Assembly (NCBI GenBank): GCA_030390025.1
Contig: CM059431.1
Span: 137,332,001-137,396,000 of the forward strand
Reading direction: 5' to 3'
DNA from: Squalus acanthias
Lineage: Eukaryota
Length of the DNA: 64,000 bases
Part shown: positions 61,401-64,000 of the stretch, one piece after another
Position numbering within the stretch: the first letter of the stretch is position 1
Layout: every line of letters begins with the position of its first letter
Made by a program: the position numbers and the translations under genes
Notes under the pieces: generated by a model
The model's input: the letters and a program-made list of their open reading frames with translations, nothing else
What the model was told of the DNA's origin: nothing
Databases searched by the model: none

Positions 61401-64000
61401 CCGGTCTCGTCGCTCCCGACAACAACCTGTGAAGAAAAGCCCGCGAAAGTGAGTTCAAATACTCACAGCACCTCACAGTACCTCCGGTCTCATCGCTCCC
61501 GACAACAGCCTGTGAAGAAAAGCCCGCGAAAGTGAGTTCAAATACTCACAGCACCTCCGGTCTCGTCGCTCCCGACAACAGCCTGTGAAGAAAAGCCCAC
61601 GAAAGTGAGTTCAAACACTCACAACACCTCACAGCACCTCCGGTCTCGTCGCTCCCGACAACAGCCTGTGAAGAAAAGCCCGCGAAAGTGAGTTCAACTA
61701 CTCACAGCACCTCACAGCACCTCCGGTCTCATCGCTCCCGACAACAGCCTGTGAAGAAAAGCCCGCGAAAGTGAGTTCAAATACTCACAGCACCTCCGGT
61801 CTCGTCGCTCCCGACAACAGCCTGTGAAGAAAAGCCCGCGAAAGTGAGTTCAAATACTCACAGCACCTCACAGCACCTCCAGTCTCGTCGCTCCCGACAA
61901 CAGCCTGTCAAGAAAAGCCCGCGAAAGTGAGTTCAAATACTCACAGCACCTCACAGCACCTCCGGTCTCATCGCTCCCGACAACAGCCTGTGAAGAAAAG
62001 CCCGCGAAAGTGAGTTCAAATACTCACAGCACCTCACAGCACCTCCGGTCTCGTCGCTCCCGACAACAGCCTGTGAAGAAAAGCCCGCGAAAGTGAGTTC
62101 AAATACTCACAGCACCACACAGCACCTCCGGTCTCGTCGCTCCCGACAACAGCCTGTGAAGAAAAGCCCGCGAAAGTGAGTTCAAATACTCACAGCACCT
62201 CACAGCACCTCCGGTCTCGTCGCTCCCGACAACAGCCTGTGAGGAAAAGCCCGGGAAAGTGAGTTCAAATACTCACAGCACCTCCGGTCTCGTCGCTCCC
62301 GACAACAGCCTGTGAAGAAAAGCCCGCGAAAGTGAGTTCAAATACTCACAGCACCTCACAGCACCTCCGGTCTCGTCGCTCCCGACAACAGCCTGTGAAG
62401 AAAAGCCCGCGAAAGTGAGTTCAAATACTCACAGCACCTTACAGCACCTCCGGTCTCGTCGCTCCCGACAACAGCCTGTGAAGAAAAGCCCGCGAAAGTG
62501 AGTTCAAATACTCACAGCACCTCACAGCACCTCCGGTCTCGTCGCTCCCGACAACAGCCTGTGAAGAAAACCCCGCGAAAGTGAGTTCAAATACTCACAG
62601 CACCTCACAGCACCTCCGGTCTCGTCGCTCCCGACAACAGCCTGTGAAGAAAAGTCCGCGAAAGTGAGTTCAAATACTCACAGCACCTCACAGTACCTCC
62701 GGTCTCGTTGCTCCCGACAACAGCCTGTGAAGAAAAGCCCGCGAAAGTGAGTTCAAATACTCACAGCCCCTCCGGTCTCATCGCTCCCGACAACAGCCTG
62801 TGAAGAAAAGCCCGCGAAAGTGAGTTCAAATACTCACAGCACCTCACAGCACCTCCGGTCTCATCGCTCCCAACAACAGCCTGTGAAGAAAAGCCCGCGA
62901 AAGTGAGTTCAAATACTCACAGCACCTCACAGCACCTCCGGTCTCGTCGCTCCCGACAACAGCCTGTGAAGAAAAGCCCGCGAAAGTGAGTTCAAATACT
63001 CACAGCACCTCCGGTCTCGTCGCTCCCGACAGCAGCCTGTGAAGAAAAGCCCGCGAAAGTGAGTTCAAATACTCACAGCACCTCACAGCACCTCCGGTAT
63101 CGTCGCTCCCGACAACAGCCTGTGAAGAAAAGCCCGCGAAAGTGAGTTCAAATACTCACAGCACCTCACAGCACCTCCGGTCTCGTCGCTCCCGACAACA
63201 GCCTGTGAAGAAAAGCCCGCGAAAGTGAGTTCAAATACTCACAGCACCTCACAGCACCTCCGGTCTCGTTGCTCCCGACAACAGCCTGTGAAGAAAAGCC
63301 CGCGAAAGTGAGTTCAAATACTCACAGCACCTCCGGTCTCATCGCTCCCGACAACAGCCTGTGAAGAAAAGCCCGCGAAAGTGAGTTCAAATACTCACAG
63401 CACCTCCGGTCTCGTCGCTCCCGACAACAGCCTGTGAAGAAAAGCCCGCGAAAGTGAGTTCAAATACTCACAGCACCTCACAGCACCTCCGGTCTCGTCG
63501 CTCCCGACAACAGCCTGTGAAGAAAAGCCCGCGAAAGTGAGTTCAAATACTCACAGCACCTCACAGCACCTCCGGTCTCGTCGCTCCCGACAACAGCCTG
63601 TGAAGAAAACCCCGCGAAAGTGAGTTCAAATACTCACAGCACCTCACAGCACCTCCGGTCTCGTCGCTCCCGACAACAGCCTGTGAAGAAAAGTCCGCGA
63701 AAGTGAGTTCAAATACTCACAGCACCTCACAGTACCTCCGGTCTCGTTGCTCCCGACAACAGCCTGTGAAGAAAAGCCCGCGAAAGTGAGTTCAAATACT
63801 CACAGCACCTCCGGTCTCATCGCTCCCGACAACAGCCTGTGAAGAAAAGCCCGCGAAAGTGAGTTCAAATACTCACAGCACCTCACAGCACCTCCGGTCT
63901 CATCGCTCCCAACAACAGCCTGTGAAGAAAAGCCCGCGAAAGTGAGTTCAAATACTCACAGCACCTCACAGCACCTCCGGTCTCGTCGCTCCCGACAACA
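55451..64000. repeat. Tandem array of 83-bp and 73-bp monomers, roughly 105 copies, running off the window end
   Basis: Monomer GGTCTCGTCGCTCCCGACAACAGCCTGTGAAGAAAAGCCCGCGAAAGTGAGTTCAAATAC(TCACAGCACC)1-2 TCC, near-identical copies. Confidence 0.98.

Noticed and set aside
55451..64000. CRISPR array
   Set aside because: Monomers are contiguous with no unique spacers, there are no cas genes, and the context is eukaryotic.

Overview
Vertebrate genomic DNA, most likely a shark or other cartilaginous fish, judged by the HE1/V-SINE, Deu-SINE and CR1 repeat landscape and by the gene families present. Two host genes lie on the + strand. One is an intact two-exon rhodopsin-class orphan GPCR of the GPR139/GPR142-like group (9071-10791). 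The other is an eight-coding-exon NLR (helical N-terminal domain, NACHT, short LRR; 26943-47525) with two 1-nt frameshifts. The rest is transposons and tandem repeats. A decayed autonomous PIF/Harbinger element (14981-23007; DDE transposase plus convergent Myb/SANT gene) is split by a nested CR1 LINE, and four ~0.6-0.76 kb MITEs have related termini. A near-intact full-length CR1 LINE (~51072-55450, minus strand) runs at its 5' end into a >8.5 kb CpG-rich 83/73-bp tandem array. That array shows ~2 kb higher-order periodicity, and each monomer carries splice-signal-like and tRNA T-arm-like motifs. Of at least seven other tandem arrays, several visibly grew out of SINE/LINE segments. No CRISPR, rRNA or true tRNA gene was seen. 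All family assignments are by eye; no searches were run.
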